DNA of 64,000 bases from Fibrobacterales bacterium (GTDB lineage: Bacteria; Fibrobacterota; Fibrobacteria; Fibrobacterales; JAOPTW01): assembly GCA_051532055.1 (NCBI GenBank), contig JAOPTX010000015.1, forward strand, positions 153,334 through 217,333. The letters run 5' to 3'. Below are positions 19,581 through 29,301 of this stretch, piece after piece. Both the position numbers and the translations under genes were made by a program. The notes under the pieces were generated by a model. It had not been told where the DNA came from. It worked only from the letters and a program-made list of their open reading frames with translations, and did not search any database. Every line of letters starts with the position of its first letter. Within the stretch, counting starts at the first letter, position 1.

Positions 19581-20056
19581 GAACGGCAATCGTAATTATA
19601 TTTGCATTCGGTGTACTGATTCTTCAATCAACACTCATAGAATTATTGAGTATTAATGATGTGAAACCAGATCTCACTATTATTTTTCTTGTTTACATTA
19701 GTTTGTTATTTGGTCCTGTTGCAGGTGTATTTACAGGCTTTTTACTGGGGATTATTCAAGATATTTATAGCTATGAGTTTTTAGGTGCCCATGCTTTGAT
19801 AAAATCAGCTATTGGTTATTTTGTTGGCCTTTTTGAAGAAGAGCTCATTAGCTTGGACTACATAACTAAAGTTATAATTCTCGTGTTTGTCTTTTATCTT
19901 CACGATATCAGTTATGGATTCCTTATTGATATGAAGTTTGATGAAGTTATAGCGTTTGTAAAACACAAGTCCCTATGGGAGAGCATCTATACCATTATTT
20001 TGGGGGCGTTTATCTTCTATTTAACGCATACCAACAAAAAAAACCATGTTCAATAA
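19577..20056 (+). CDS. mreD: rod shape-determining protein MreD
   Basis: 159-aa polytopic membrane protein with KPDLTIIFLVY..GFLLGIIQD. GTGA overlap with mreC. Confidence 0.75.
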   Translation: MRTAIVIIFAFGVLILQSTLIELLSINDVKPDLTIIFLVYISLLFGPVAGVFTGFLLGIIQDIYSYEFLGAHALIKSAIGYFVGLFEEELISLDYITKVIILVFVFYLHDISYGFLIDMKFDEVIAFVKHKSLWESIYTIILGAFIFYLTHTNKKNHVQ

Positions 20057-22340
20057 TAGCTCACTCCAAGAAGATCAGCATAATAGAAATGTAAAAAGTT
20101 CATTTCTTGTGTTAATTGTTGGTTTTGTTTTTCTTATTCTAGTCTGCCGTCTTTTTTATCTACAAGTGATTATGTATGATGAGAATGTCCGACTTTCAGA
20201 ATCTAATCGAATGCGAAAGATTATTATCAAGGCTAATCGCGGGAATATATTTTCTCGCAATAAAGAGATGCTTGTACGTAATAGAGTTTCTAACAATATC
20301 ATGGTAGAGCCTAATAAAGTTAAGGGACTGAGGGGGTTGCGTTCTGTTGTATTTAACAAAGATAGCACTGAAGATGCATTTTTAAAAAGTGAAGTATATG
20401 CAGAGAGAAAGGCCAAATTTGATGGGTATCTCAGAGAGTGGATTGAAGAAGTCGGTGATTCCATCATATATAAGACAATTCCTGATGCTTATGTTATAGA
20501 AGAAAGAAGAAAACTTACCACTGACTCCGTTTATAAAGTAGAGACTATTAGGCGACTATTTGGTGATTCCATAAAGGTATCTTTTGAAAAACTTCATTTA
20601 AAGGCCCTTCTTGATAAACAATCAGCACCGAAAAAAGACTCCATATATAGGTTACAAAAAAAACGACCCGGTTATGAAAAACGGGTTGCTATCTATGAGC
20701 GCAAATTAAAATGGTTTGTAAAGAATAGTCTGTGGGATTTTAGAATGAAATTAGAACAAGAAAAAGTTAAGAATCTTGATCTGTTTCACAACTTGTTAGC
20801 CCTTAGAAATGTTGATAATAAACAAGTATTTGACACCCTGCAAGCAATGGAGCGCATTCATGCAGCGAGCAGAAAGAATAGATTTAAACGACATCTACTA
20901 CTGGAAGATGTTGATTATGAAGTAGTATCTCTTGTAGTAGAGCATCAGGAACATTTACAGGGAGTGGTGGTTGAATATGACCCAAGGCGTTTCTATACTA
21001 GTGGTAAAACTGCTGCCCACATATTGGGATACAACTCAGAAATTACAGAGGATGAACTCAAGGATAGTCTTTTTACTGAATATAAACAGGGTGATTACAT
21101 AGGGAAGTCTGGAGTTGAAAAAATCTACGAACCAATGTTTCGCGGAGAAGATGGGATTAAATTTGTTGAAGTTGATGTGTATGGTCGAGAGCTAGGTCTT
21201 TTAGAGAGTATGCCTAATGAAAAAGCTAAGGCAGGGTATAACGTCGTAACCACAATTGATTTAGATCTTCAGAAAGTTGCTGAAGAAGCCTTTGCTGATA
21301 CGTTAAAGGGGGCCCTTGTTGCTCTTAATCCTCAGAATGGAGAGATATTGGCTATTCTATCTTCTCCAGCATATGACCCGAATATTTATTCAATAGAGGC
21401 ATCTCTCAGAAATGCTGCGATTGCTGAATTAAGAAGTGCAGATAAACCATCATATAATAGAGCAGTATTGGGGACCTATCCTCCAGGGTCACTTTTTAAA
21501 CTTTTTACATCTATTGCCGGAATGGAAACAAAGAAAGTTACACCAACATTCAAGTACAGAAAGGCGTGTAATGGAGCATTTAAATTTGGCCGAAGGGTAC
21601 AAAAATGTTGGAAAGCATCGGGTCACGGAAGAATGGATGTAATAGATGCGTTGAGAGAGTCATGTGATGTCTATTTTTATCAATTAGGCTTAGATATAGG
21701 AATGGACTCAATCAATAAATATGGGCGTATGTATGGCCTTGCGAGTAAAAGTGGGATTGACCTCCCTACAGAAAAATCAGGTTTATTAATGGATTCTACC
21801 ACATACAATAAACGCTTTAAACATAAAGGGTGGCGTTGGACTCGTGGCCAAATTCTAAATTTGGCCATAGGGCAGGGAGAGTTAGTAACCCCTCTCCAGA
21901 TGGCAAACGCTTTTGGAGCACTTGCAGCTAATGATTCATTGTACCGGCCCCACTTACTGAAAGAAGTTGTTGATGAAAATGGCCTTGTTATAAAACGTTA
22001 TGAACCAAAAGCGTTAAATGCAATTGATATATCAGATGAGACCTATAACACTATTATTACAGCAATGGAAGAAGTTATATCAGCTCCCCATGGTACTGGT
22101 GGATGGGCTCGAGTTAAAGGTGTTCGTGTAGGTGGTAAAACGGGATCTGCTGAGAATCCCCATGGTGAAAAAACCCATGCGTGGTTTGCTGCTGTTGCCC
22201 CCCTTGAGAAGCCAGAAATTGCTATAGCAGTTTTGGTCGAAAATGCAGGCCATGGTGGTTCTATTGCTGCACCAATTGCAGGCAAAGTACTGCGCCACTA
22301 TTTTGGAAGAAAAAAGAAGGTGACCAATGATACACAGTAG
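20046..22340 (+). CDS. mrdA: penicillin-binding protein 2 (elongasome transpeptidase), with a large N-terminal insertion
   Basis: Transpeptidase motifs are present: PPGSLFK (SxxK), a CDVYFY region and GGKTGSAE (KTG). 764 aa, against about 600-650 for typical PBP2. Confidence 0.9.
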   Translation: MFNNSSLQEDQHNRNVKSSFLVLIVGFVFLILVCRLFYLQVIMYDENVRLSESNRMRKIIIKANRGNIFSRNKEMLVRNRVSNNIMVEPNKVKGLRGLRSVVFNKDSTEDAFLKSEVYAERKAKFDGYLREWIEEVGDSIIYKTIPDAYVIEERRKLTTDSVYKVETIRRLFGDSIKVSFEKLHLKALLDKQSAPKKDSIYRLQKKRPGYEKRVAIYERKLKWFVKNSLWDFRMKLEQEKVKNLDLFHNLLALRNVDNKQVFDTLQAMERIHAASRKNRFKRHLLLEDVDYEVVSLVVEHQEHLQGVVVEYDPRRFYTSGKTAAHILGYNSEITEDELKDSLFTEYKQGDYIGKSGVEKIYEPMFRGEDGIKFVEVDVYGRELGLLESMPNEKAKAGYNVVTTIDLDLQKVAEEAFADTLKGALVALNPQNGEILAILSSPAYDPNIYSIEASLRNAAIAELRSADKPSYNRAVLGTYPPGSLFKLFTSIAGMETKKVTPTFKYRKACNGAFKFGRRVQKCWKASGHGRMDVIDALRESCDVYFYQLGLDIGMDSINKYGRMYGLASKSGIDLPTEKSGLLMDSTTYNKRFKHKGWRWTRGQILNLAIGQGELVTPLQMANAFGALAANDSLYRPHLLKEVVDENGLVIKRYEPKALNAIDISDETYNTIITAMEEVISAPHGTGGWARVKGVRVGGKTGSAENPHGEKTHAWFAAVAPLEKPEIAIAVLVENAGHGGSIAAPIAGKVLRHYFGRKKKVTNDTQ

Positions 22341-23559
22341 TGATGACCAGCGTGTTGATGTAACCTTTCTTACGGTACTTTTTGCAATTATTTCTATTGG
22401 TGTATTGATGGTATATTCGGCGACATTCAATGCTGAATCAGCATTCTATGAAACCTATTGGTTTAGACAAATAATTTATTTTGTTATTGGGGCCTTTATT
22501 GCAGGGGTTATCGTATTAGTTCCTCCCAAAGTCCTTTACTCTTCAGCCTACCCCCTTTACTTTATGTCCTTGCTCACACTAGCATATGTAGGGTTTGGTG
22601 GAGGTGAGTCAGTAAAAGGAGCAGCACGTTGGATTTCTATTGGTGGTTTTCGACTGCAACCTTCAGAGTTTGCTAAAATTGCCTATTTGCTTGCTATGTC
22701 TCGGATGCTCTCACAGAAAACTCTTTCACTTTCAAAGTTAAAAGGGTTTATAGGTCCTGGTGTACTTTTCATTGTTCCATTTGGTTTAGTATTGGGTCAA
22801 CCAGACCTAAGTACTGCTCTTGTATTTATGGTGATGACATTAATTGGGTTTTACTGGGCTGGGCTCTCAGTATTAGAAATAATTGTGCTTATTTCACCGG
22901 CTATTAGTGTTGTGACAGCTCACAATCAATATATTTGGATGGGAGTGTATGCATTACTCTTTTTATTGGTAATTTCACAAAAACTCGACCTTAAAGTTAC
23001 AATACTGATCTTGCTCATTAATCTCGCCGCTGGTTTTGGTTCATTTATGCTTTGGAATAATGGCCTCAAAGAGCATCAACGGTCTCGGATTCTTACTTTT
23101 GTCGATCCAATGAGGGACCCTAAAGGAGCGGGGTATCAGGTTATTCAGTCAAAGGTAACTATTGGATCTGGTGGGATATATGGAAAAGGCTTTGGTAAAG
23201 GTACTCAAGTTAATAACGAATTTTTACCAGAAGAGCATACGGACTTTATATTCTGTGTGTTGAGTGAGCAATTCGGTCTAATAGGTTGTGCTGTTGTGTT
23301 ACTCTTATATTTTATGTTGATTCAGAGGATGCTCTCAATTTGTAGAATCGTACGGGATGGGTTTCTCAATTTTATGATTATAGGGATAACCGCAATTCTT
23401 TCGTTTCATATTTTCGTTAATATTGCAATGACGTTAGGTATGATGCCTGTTACGGGGCTCCCTCTACCATTCTTTTCATATGGTGGGTCATTTGTCATGA
23501 CTTGTATGGTTCTTGTCGGACTAGTTATTAATATACGACTCAAGGGCGAATCAGACTAG
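22327..23559 (+). CDS. rodA: SEDS-family peptidoglycan polymerase RodA
   Basis: FtsW/RodA/SpoVE pattern: RLQPSEFAKI, GYQVIQSKVTIGSGGIYGKG, EEHTDFIF, GLPLPFFSYGGS. Confidence 0.9.
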   Translation: MIHSSDDQRVDVTFLTVLFAIISIGVLMVYSATFNAESAFYETYWFRQIIYFVIGAFIAGVIVLVPPKVLYSSAYPLYFMSLLTLAYVGFGGGESVKGAARWISIGGFRLQPSEFAKIAYLLAMSRMLSQKTLSLSKLKGFIGPGVLFIVPFGLVLGQPDLSTALVFMVMTLIGFYWAGLSVLEIIVLISPAISVVTAHNQYIWMGVYALLFLLVISQKLDLKVTILILLINLAAGFGSFMLWNNGLKEHQRSRILTFVDPMRDPKGAGYQVIQSKVTIGSGGIYGKGFGKGTQVNNEFLPEEHTDFIFCVLSEQFGLIGCAVVLLLYFMLIQRMLSICRIVRDGFLNFMIIGITAILSFHIFVNIAMTLGMMPVTGLPLPFFSYGGSFVMTCMVLVGLVINIRLKGESD

Positions 23560-23654
23560 CTGATATAATACCCCAAAATAATAAAAGTACTAAAACAAAT
23601 AATGGCAAAATATCTAATGGTGTGTGATCAAGCTCTCACTTTAACTATTAGTGG

Positions 23655-23683
23655 TTGAGTTTGCTCCTGAATAGTGGTATTCT
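23655..23683 (+). promoter_or_regulatory. sigma70-like promoter TTGAGT-N17-TATTCT for giant gene 1
   Basis: The hexamers and the 17-nt spacer were counted directly. An almost identical box precedes the paralogous gene at 29245-29273. Confidence 0.45.
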
Positions 23684-23716
23684 AATAGAATAGAGAGCCA
23701 CGGCTAGGAGTCTATC

Positions 23717-26700
23717 ATGAAAAGTTTGTTGTTAATTATCACCCTTCTTATAGGGTTTGAAAGTGTCCATGCACAAAATATCTCACAAGTTGGGTTCGAC
23801 CCAGAGTCTAATCGACTCTACTTTAGTTTTGATCAACCGTATATCACAATTGGTTCTGGTACGATAACAATTGATGTAATAAATAATGGCCTCTGGGAAA
23901 ACCCTATTGTTATAACTAATTGGAATACATATGCCGTTGGTAATGGAGTTACTATGCATATTGACTTTGCAGCGATTAATGACAATAGAATTTTAAATAT
24001 AATTGGACATGGTGTAGAGCTTCACGGAAACTTTCCATCAGGGATAGTACAATCGGCTGCAACACAAAGTGAACCTGATAATAGGAAGATATATTTGACA
24101 GATGGTGGACCATATGTTGAACGGGCAAGTTACTCTGAGTATAATAATGAAATACAAATATGGTTTACTCACCTTTTTGATGCCAGTACAGCTTTTAGTG
24201 GTGAGATAAGACTTTCAAATGATTCTTTTCAAAAGAGTTACCTTCTTGAAAACATAGCAGTCACCCAGAGTCCTGGACAACCAGTTCTCAATATTGTACT
24301 ACCCGAAGAGCTTAATTCTGCAGGCTTGGACCCTTATAATTGGATAATAGCCCTTGACCCAAACGTTGTGTTTTTTACAGACAATGATGGAAATATAGAG
24401 GGCAACTATCAATTATCAACAATGAGTGAATTAAGAATGGAATATTTTGATCATTCGTATCACTTCAATTCTTCTTATGTAAACGATGATATAGGTGGGG
24501 ACCCTTATCTATACGTGGAAATGTCAGAGCAGGCCATGTATAGTGGCGCAGGAGTAGTAGTAACTGCCCTAAATTCTCTTGGGGTAACAATCGAGTCTAT
24601 ACCATTGGATTTATCAGAAAATAGCCCCCCTGTAAATTCTTTTGATTTTTCACCAAGTATCTTTCTTAATACAACTCAATATTCAAAAATTGAGTCTTGG
24701 TTAAATTTGGGATACTATATTCAAGTAAATGCAGCAGAGGGAGCGTATTATGAATATAATTCAAATAATCTACCTGCATTTTCTATTCCATTTTCAAACA
24801 CCTCAGGTTGGTATATTGAAGGATACGATACATTGTATGTACAGCAAGGGCCTACATTTTACTCTATTCTTAATAAATATGATGAATCATCACAAATGGA
24901 ATACCAGGTTACATCAAAGGATGAATCAATACTTCCTTCAAATGGAATATCTGTAAAGCCTGTTGACAATGGATTTATTATAGAAGTATTACATTATATG
25001 AAATCAGGAACTGTACTCGATATAGATATATTAGCAACTGATGTTACTACTGGCCAATTTTCTAGAAAATTAGTGACGGTTAAGAAAGAGAGTGAAGAGG
25101 TACATTTTCTGGATATTGTCCAAAGTCGATTTGTAGAGAGTGAAGGTATTAGTCAATTAGTAGTGGACCTGACTGCACCAGTATTTGTGAGCAATGCTAC
25201 ACAAATTGTTATTGAAGCACTAGAAAGTCCATTTGAACATGAATCGTTAGAAGAATTCAGGCTCAATACCTCCGAAAACCCTATTGAGGGTGATGGCACT
25301 CAACATTTTAAGATAGGGTTAAGTGATACCCATATATTGCAAATTAAACGCTGGTATAGTGAAGGACATTTTGTAAAGATCGTTTTTGAAGAGGGTGCTT
25401 TGAGTCCAAAATTTTCTGAAATAGATATAGGAGGCTACACCTTTAGAGAAATTGGCGAAGGAATGAAAAACCCAGATGCGATAGAGTTTGATTACTATCA
25501 ACAATTTACAATTGGTTTAGATATAGAGGATAAAATATCTTTTTGGGTGCATAACCCAAGAGGGCCCTACGAAGATGTTGTTATTACAGAGATAGTGAGT
25601 CGTGATCCAGGAATTGTTACTGCATATTATAGTGGACTTAATAATAATGGTGAGCAAGAAATTAACGTGACTGGAATGTCTCAGGGGAGCACTGTTTTAA
25701 CCCTTACTTTTAATAATGGTTTTGCGATTTCAGAAGAAAAGCTCTATATAAATGTAACAGAAGATGTTGTGTATAATAATGGTATTAGAACAGAAGTACC
25801 CATGAATTACTCGATCTGGCCTAATAGTTATCATAGCGTAACTCTTTGGGCTGAAGCAACACCAAACCGTGAAAATAGTTATTTCTATATAACGGGATAT
25901 TCAACAAATAGTGATGTTGTAGAATTGATGGACTATAATACTGAAAGTTATTCTGATTTTTGGCTTAACTTTGAATCACATAATTCTGGTAATGCTCAAC
26001 TGGTTTTAACTATTACGGATGAGTTGGGTAATACCACTGAGAGAATTATCGAGGTTATTGTAGAGGATAATGGAGATCCTGGAATGGGAGGAATGGGGGA
26101 TTGTTATGGGCCTTGCCTAAATGATGTAACACTTATATATGATGAGGGAGTTAATGCATTAAGCTTACGTTGGAATGATTTTGTAAATATAGCGTACGAT
26201 TCAGAAATTGTATTAATGAGTCAAAATAATAAAGAGGGAGTTTCAGAGGAACAGGAAATAAGTATTCCAATTAATATTAATAATGTAACACGAATGGGAA
26301 CAGACATGGAGTTATCTATTAGTGAAACATTGAAGAATACAATCCTTGACCAATATAGATCATCTCATAATATGAGAGCAGTAATACCAGGAGGAGTATT
26401 TTATACTAATGATAATGTGTATTATGAGCCCGATAGCAGAGAGATATGGTTTCATCTGGAACAAGGTAATAATTTTGAAATATTCGCTTCTTGGTATCAG
26501 CCTATTGAAGGAAAAGTTACTATTGAATTTGATGGGGAAATCAAAATGGATCAACTCTATGCAATGTCTGGCACCTTAAGAGTAGGAACTTCAAATACAA
26601 ATAATGTTATAATACCATTTGCTAATCCAAGTACCGAACATGCGCATTGGTGTGGAACTGAACCGAGTGGCTATGAGCAAGAGTGTACTACTACTATTGA

Positions 26701-29068
26701 TATATATATCAGTCCTGAACAGAAAAAGTCAATAACTGAACTGGGAGACCAAAATAACCTATTAATTGCAATGAATGATGGCGCATTTTATAGTCGATAT
26801 GGTAATCCATTGGTAAATGCACAGTTTGATAATAAAATACGAATTTACTTTGGGACTGACGGTGGAGAAAATTGGGTTCAATCGGCAACTCTTAGTCCTA
26901 ATGATGGTCGGATTGTACTCAATATGGATAGAGAAATTAGTTCACTCTACGATATAACTCTTGATGAATCAAATTTCAGTGGGACACAACTTTTTATGGT
27001 TATGGTAGTTGATGTCAAGGGAGTTGATAATCAGTATAACAATGATAGTGAAGGTGGTGACCTGCCACCAGATAGTGATCCACGGGTATTGTATATTTCA
27101 AGGGCTCAAAATGGTGTCCAACTATTAGGTAATCAAATTATTATAACACTCAACCAAGAAAACAGAACTAAGGTTCAAAATTGGCGTGGTGATTATCGAT
27201 ACGCTCTTGATTATGGCGATATTGGATTTATGGTTGGCCCTGAAACTATGACGAGTACAGCTGGTGAAGTGGGTGGTGGTTTTGAAAATAGTATTGAGGT
27301 ACTCCCATTTGATGATGTAGAAGGAAGTGACGTTGAGGGCTCTTCTGTACCAGCGCCTCAAGTTAAGGTAGTAACCAATGAAGGTTTGAGCTATTTTGAA
27401 TGCAGTGGAGACACCACATGGATTGTAACAGTATATCCTAACGCCATACGAAATGACTGTATTGTAGGACAAAGAGTCTATTTAGAAAAAGGGGCTACCT
27501 ATCGGGTTGTTGCACAAGATAGTGAGGGAACTCCTAGTGATGCGGTAACTCAATCAAGTTTAGGTAGGCCAGTTCCAGATATTAGAATTGATACAACAGG
27601 AACTGCCCTACTCATTGGGTTTGTTTCCGAAAATGTTGATGATATAGAAAATGCGACATTTAGCTATAGTATTCGTGTTGGTGATAGTGTTGTTGTGGGC
27701 GATACCGCTTATACAAGTTGGGGCCATCAATTCTTTGGAGATAACGGTCAAACCTATATCATAGAAGCTAAAATGGAAAGCTTAGAGAAGGGAGAATTAG
27801 GTTTTATAAATCAATTTTCAATAACAGATACTATAACCCTTATTGCCCCGAGTACGTTATCAGTAAAAGCAAATGAATGGAATATGCTCTCATTTGGTGG
27901 TACGCCATTCCAAGTCTCGCAGCTTACTGATAGTGAAACTCTTTTTAAATGGGACGATAATAAAATTGAAGACCTACTTTTTAGTAAATACCTTTCGAAA
28001 GATGAACTTGATAATATTGAGCCTGGGGAAGCGTGTTGGTATCATTCAGAAATGGATACAGAGATTGAGTTAAAATATACAACCGAGACAATTTCAACTG
28101 TGTTAAGTCATGGAGATGAAGGCTGGAATCAAGTTGCTAATCCTTATAGTTTCAATTTGAGTACCAACGCTTTTGGTGAAAATATGGAGTTTTTTAAATG
28201 GAATGGTAGTCAATATTACAAAGTTAATTATCTCAAGCCAGGTGAAGGATATTTGACCTATGTTACTTCTGATGAGAGAATTACAATAGGTAAAGTAGTT
28301 GCATGGAAAACAGATGAGCTCTATTCTCTACAGACCTATAAAAAAGCGATGACAAATGAACAAGACTGGGAAATTACCGTTACACTTACCAGTGATGATG
28401 GAACTTTGCAGGATCAATATAATGTTATAGGTGTGAAGCCTATGGCGAGTAATGGTTTTGATGAATTGGATAAATATGAACTACCGGGAACAATGGATGA
28501 TGCGGTGATATTTTCAGTTCTTGAGGGGGATAAGATTCTCAGAACTAATTTTAAAGAACCGATAGAAGACATTGGGCTATGGAAAGTATCTGTAGGGACA
28601 ACGAGTGAAAACACATCGAATGGTACCCTCTCTTTTGAAGGAGTTGATGCAATACGGAGCCTCGGTTACTCTCTATTCCTTACAGACGGAGCCGTACAAA
28701 CTGAAATTGTTGGAACTTCTATACCGGTATCATTAACTGAAAATAAAGAATATGGTATTGTTGTCGCCAGAAGCGGTGTATCACTATCGTCTCAAGCTGT
28801 TGGTGCTGGGGTATTTAATTATCCTAATCCTGTAAGAGGTTACACACAAATTAGACTCCGTGGAGTGTACTCTATGGATGATAAAGCTACACTGAGGGTT
28901 TTTGATGTGAAGGGTTCAGTGGTTTACACTGGTGTGTATAATACAGACTCTGATATTATATGGCATGCAGAGTCTAACAGTGGAACTCCATTAGAACATG
29001 GGATGTACTATTACGAGCTTCAAATTGGTGGAACATCATACTCAAATGTCATGATGGTTGCAGAGTAG
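23717..29068 (+). CDS. giant secreted repeat protein with a T9SS type-A C-terminal sorting domain
   Basis: 1783 aa with a signal peptide (..ESVHAQ). The C-terminus FNYPNPVRGYTQIRL..LRVFDVKGSVV..GMYYYELQ fits the Por secretion-tail pattern. Paralogous to the next gene. Confidence 0.8.
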   Translation: MKSLLLIITLLIGFESVHAQNISQVGFDPESNRLYFSFDQPYITIGSGTITIDVINNGLWENPIVITNWNTYAVGNGVTMHIDFAAINDNRILNIIGHGVELHGNFPSGIVQSAATQSEPDNRKIYLTDGGPYVERASYSEYNNEIQIWFTHLFDASTAFSGEIRLSNDSFQKSYLLENIAVTQSPGQPVLNIVLPEELNSAGLDPYNWIIALDPNVVFFTDNDGNIEGNYQLSTMSELRMEYFDHSYHFNSSYVNDDIGGDPYLYVEMSEQAMYSGAGVVVTALNSLGVTIESIPLDLSENSPPVNSFDFSPSIFLNTTQYSKIESWLNLGYYIQVNAAEGAYYEYNSNNLPAFSIPFSNTSGWYIEGYDTLYVQQGPTFYSILNKYDESSQMEYQVTSKDESILPSNGISVKPVDNGFIIEVLHYMKSGTVLDIDILATDVTTGQFSRKLVTVKKESEEVHFLDIVQSRFVESEGISQLVVDLTAPVFVSNATQIVIEALESPFEHESLEEFRLNTSENPIEGDGTQHFKIGLSDTHILQIKRWYSEGHFVKIVFEEGALSPKFSEIDIGGYTFREIGEGMKNPDAIEFDYYQQFTIGLDIEDKISFWVHNPRGPYEDVVITEIVSRDPGIVTAYYSGLNNNGEQEINVTGMSQGSTVLTLTFNNGFAISEEKLYINVTEDVVYNNGIRTEVPMNYSIWPNSYHSVTLWAEATPNRENSYFYITGYSTNSDVVELMDYNTESYSDFWLNFESHNSGNAQLVLTITDELGNTTERIIEVIVEDNGDPGMGGMGDCYGPCLNDVTLIYDEGVNALSLRWNDFVNIAYDSEIVLMSQNNKEGVSEEQEISIPININNVTRMGTDMELSISETLKNTILDQYRSSHNMRAVIPGGVFYTNDNVYYEPDSREIWFHLEQGNNFEIFASWYQPIEGKVTIEFDGEIKMDQLYAMSGTLRVGTSNTNNVIIPFANPSTEHAHWCGTEPSGYEQECTTTIDIYISPEQKKSITELGDQNNLLIAMNDGAFYSRYGNPLVNAQFDNKIRIYFGTDGGENWVQSATLSPNDGRIVLNMDREISSLYDITLDESNFSGTQLFMVMVVDVKGVDNQYNNDSEGGDLPPDSDPRVLYISRAQNGVQLLGNQIIITLNQENRTKVQNWRGDYRYALDYGDIGFMVGPETMTSTAGEVGGGFENSIEVLPFDDVEGSDVEGSSVPAPQVKVVTNEGLSYFECSGDTTWIVTVYPNAIRNDCIVGQRVYLEKGATYRVVAQDSEGTPSDAVTQSSLGRPVPDIRIDTTGTALLIGFVSENVDDIENATFSYSIRVGDSVVVGDTAYTSWGHQFFGDNGQTYIIEAKMESLEKGELGFINQFSITDTITLIAPSTLSVKANEWNMLSFGGTPFQVSQLTDSETLFKWDDNKIEDLLFSKYLSKDELDNIEPGEACWYHSEMDTEIELKYTTETISTVLSHGDEGWNQVANPYSFNLSTNAFGENMEFFKWNGSQYYKVNYLKPGEGYLTYVTSDERITIGKVVAWKTDELYSLQTYKKAMTNEQDWEITVTLTSDDGTLQDQYNVIGVKPMASNGFDELDKYELPGTMDDAVIFSVLEGDKILRTNFKEPIEDIGLWKVSVGTTSENTSNGTLSFEGVDAIRSLGYSLFLTDGAVQTEIVGTSIPVSLTENKEYGIVVARSGVSLSSQAVGAGVFNYPNPVRGYTQIRLRGVYSMDDKATLRVFDVKGSVVYTGVYNTDSDIIWHAESNSGTPLEHGMYYYELQIGGTSYSNVMMVAE

Positions 29069-29101
29069 TTAACTACATTTGTTCCTTATAAAAGCTGATA
29101 C

Positions 29102-29153
29102 TTAAGGGTGTTAGCCTTATTTAAGGGTCAAATAGATCAAACTTCAAATAGAT
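29102..29153 (+). repeat. two pairs of short direct repeats upstream of giant gene 2
   Basis: TTAAGGGT occurs at 29102 and 29121. TCAAATAGAT occurs at 29128 and 29144. Confidence 0.6.
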
Positions 29154-29244
29154 GTAAAGTTATGAATAACGAGTAGAACTTTTTTTCTAAAAAAGTGATA
29201 CAATCTTTAAAATGTGATGGACAGTACATTTTAGAAATTTGAAC

Positions 29245-29273
29245 TTGAGAGTAGTCTTGTATTAACCTATTCT
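29245..29273 (+). promoter_or_regulatory. sigma70-like promoter TTGAGA-N17-TATTCT for giant gene 2
   Basis: Same architecture as 23655-23683, and TATTCTAA..AGAGAG continues to match downstream. Confidence 0.45.
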
Positions 29274-29301
29274 AAAGAGAGACAGTAGTTGGGGGTCGTT
29301 A

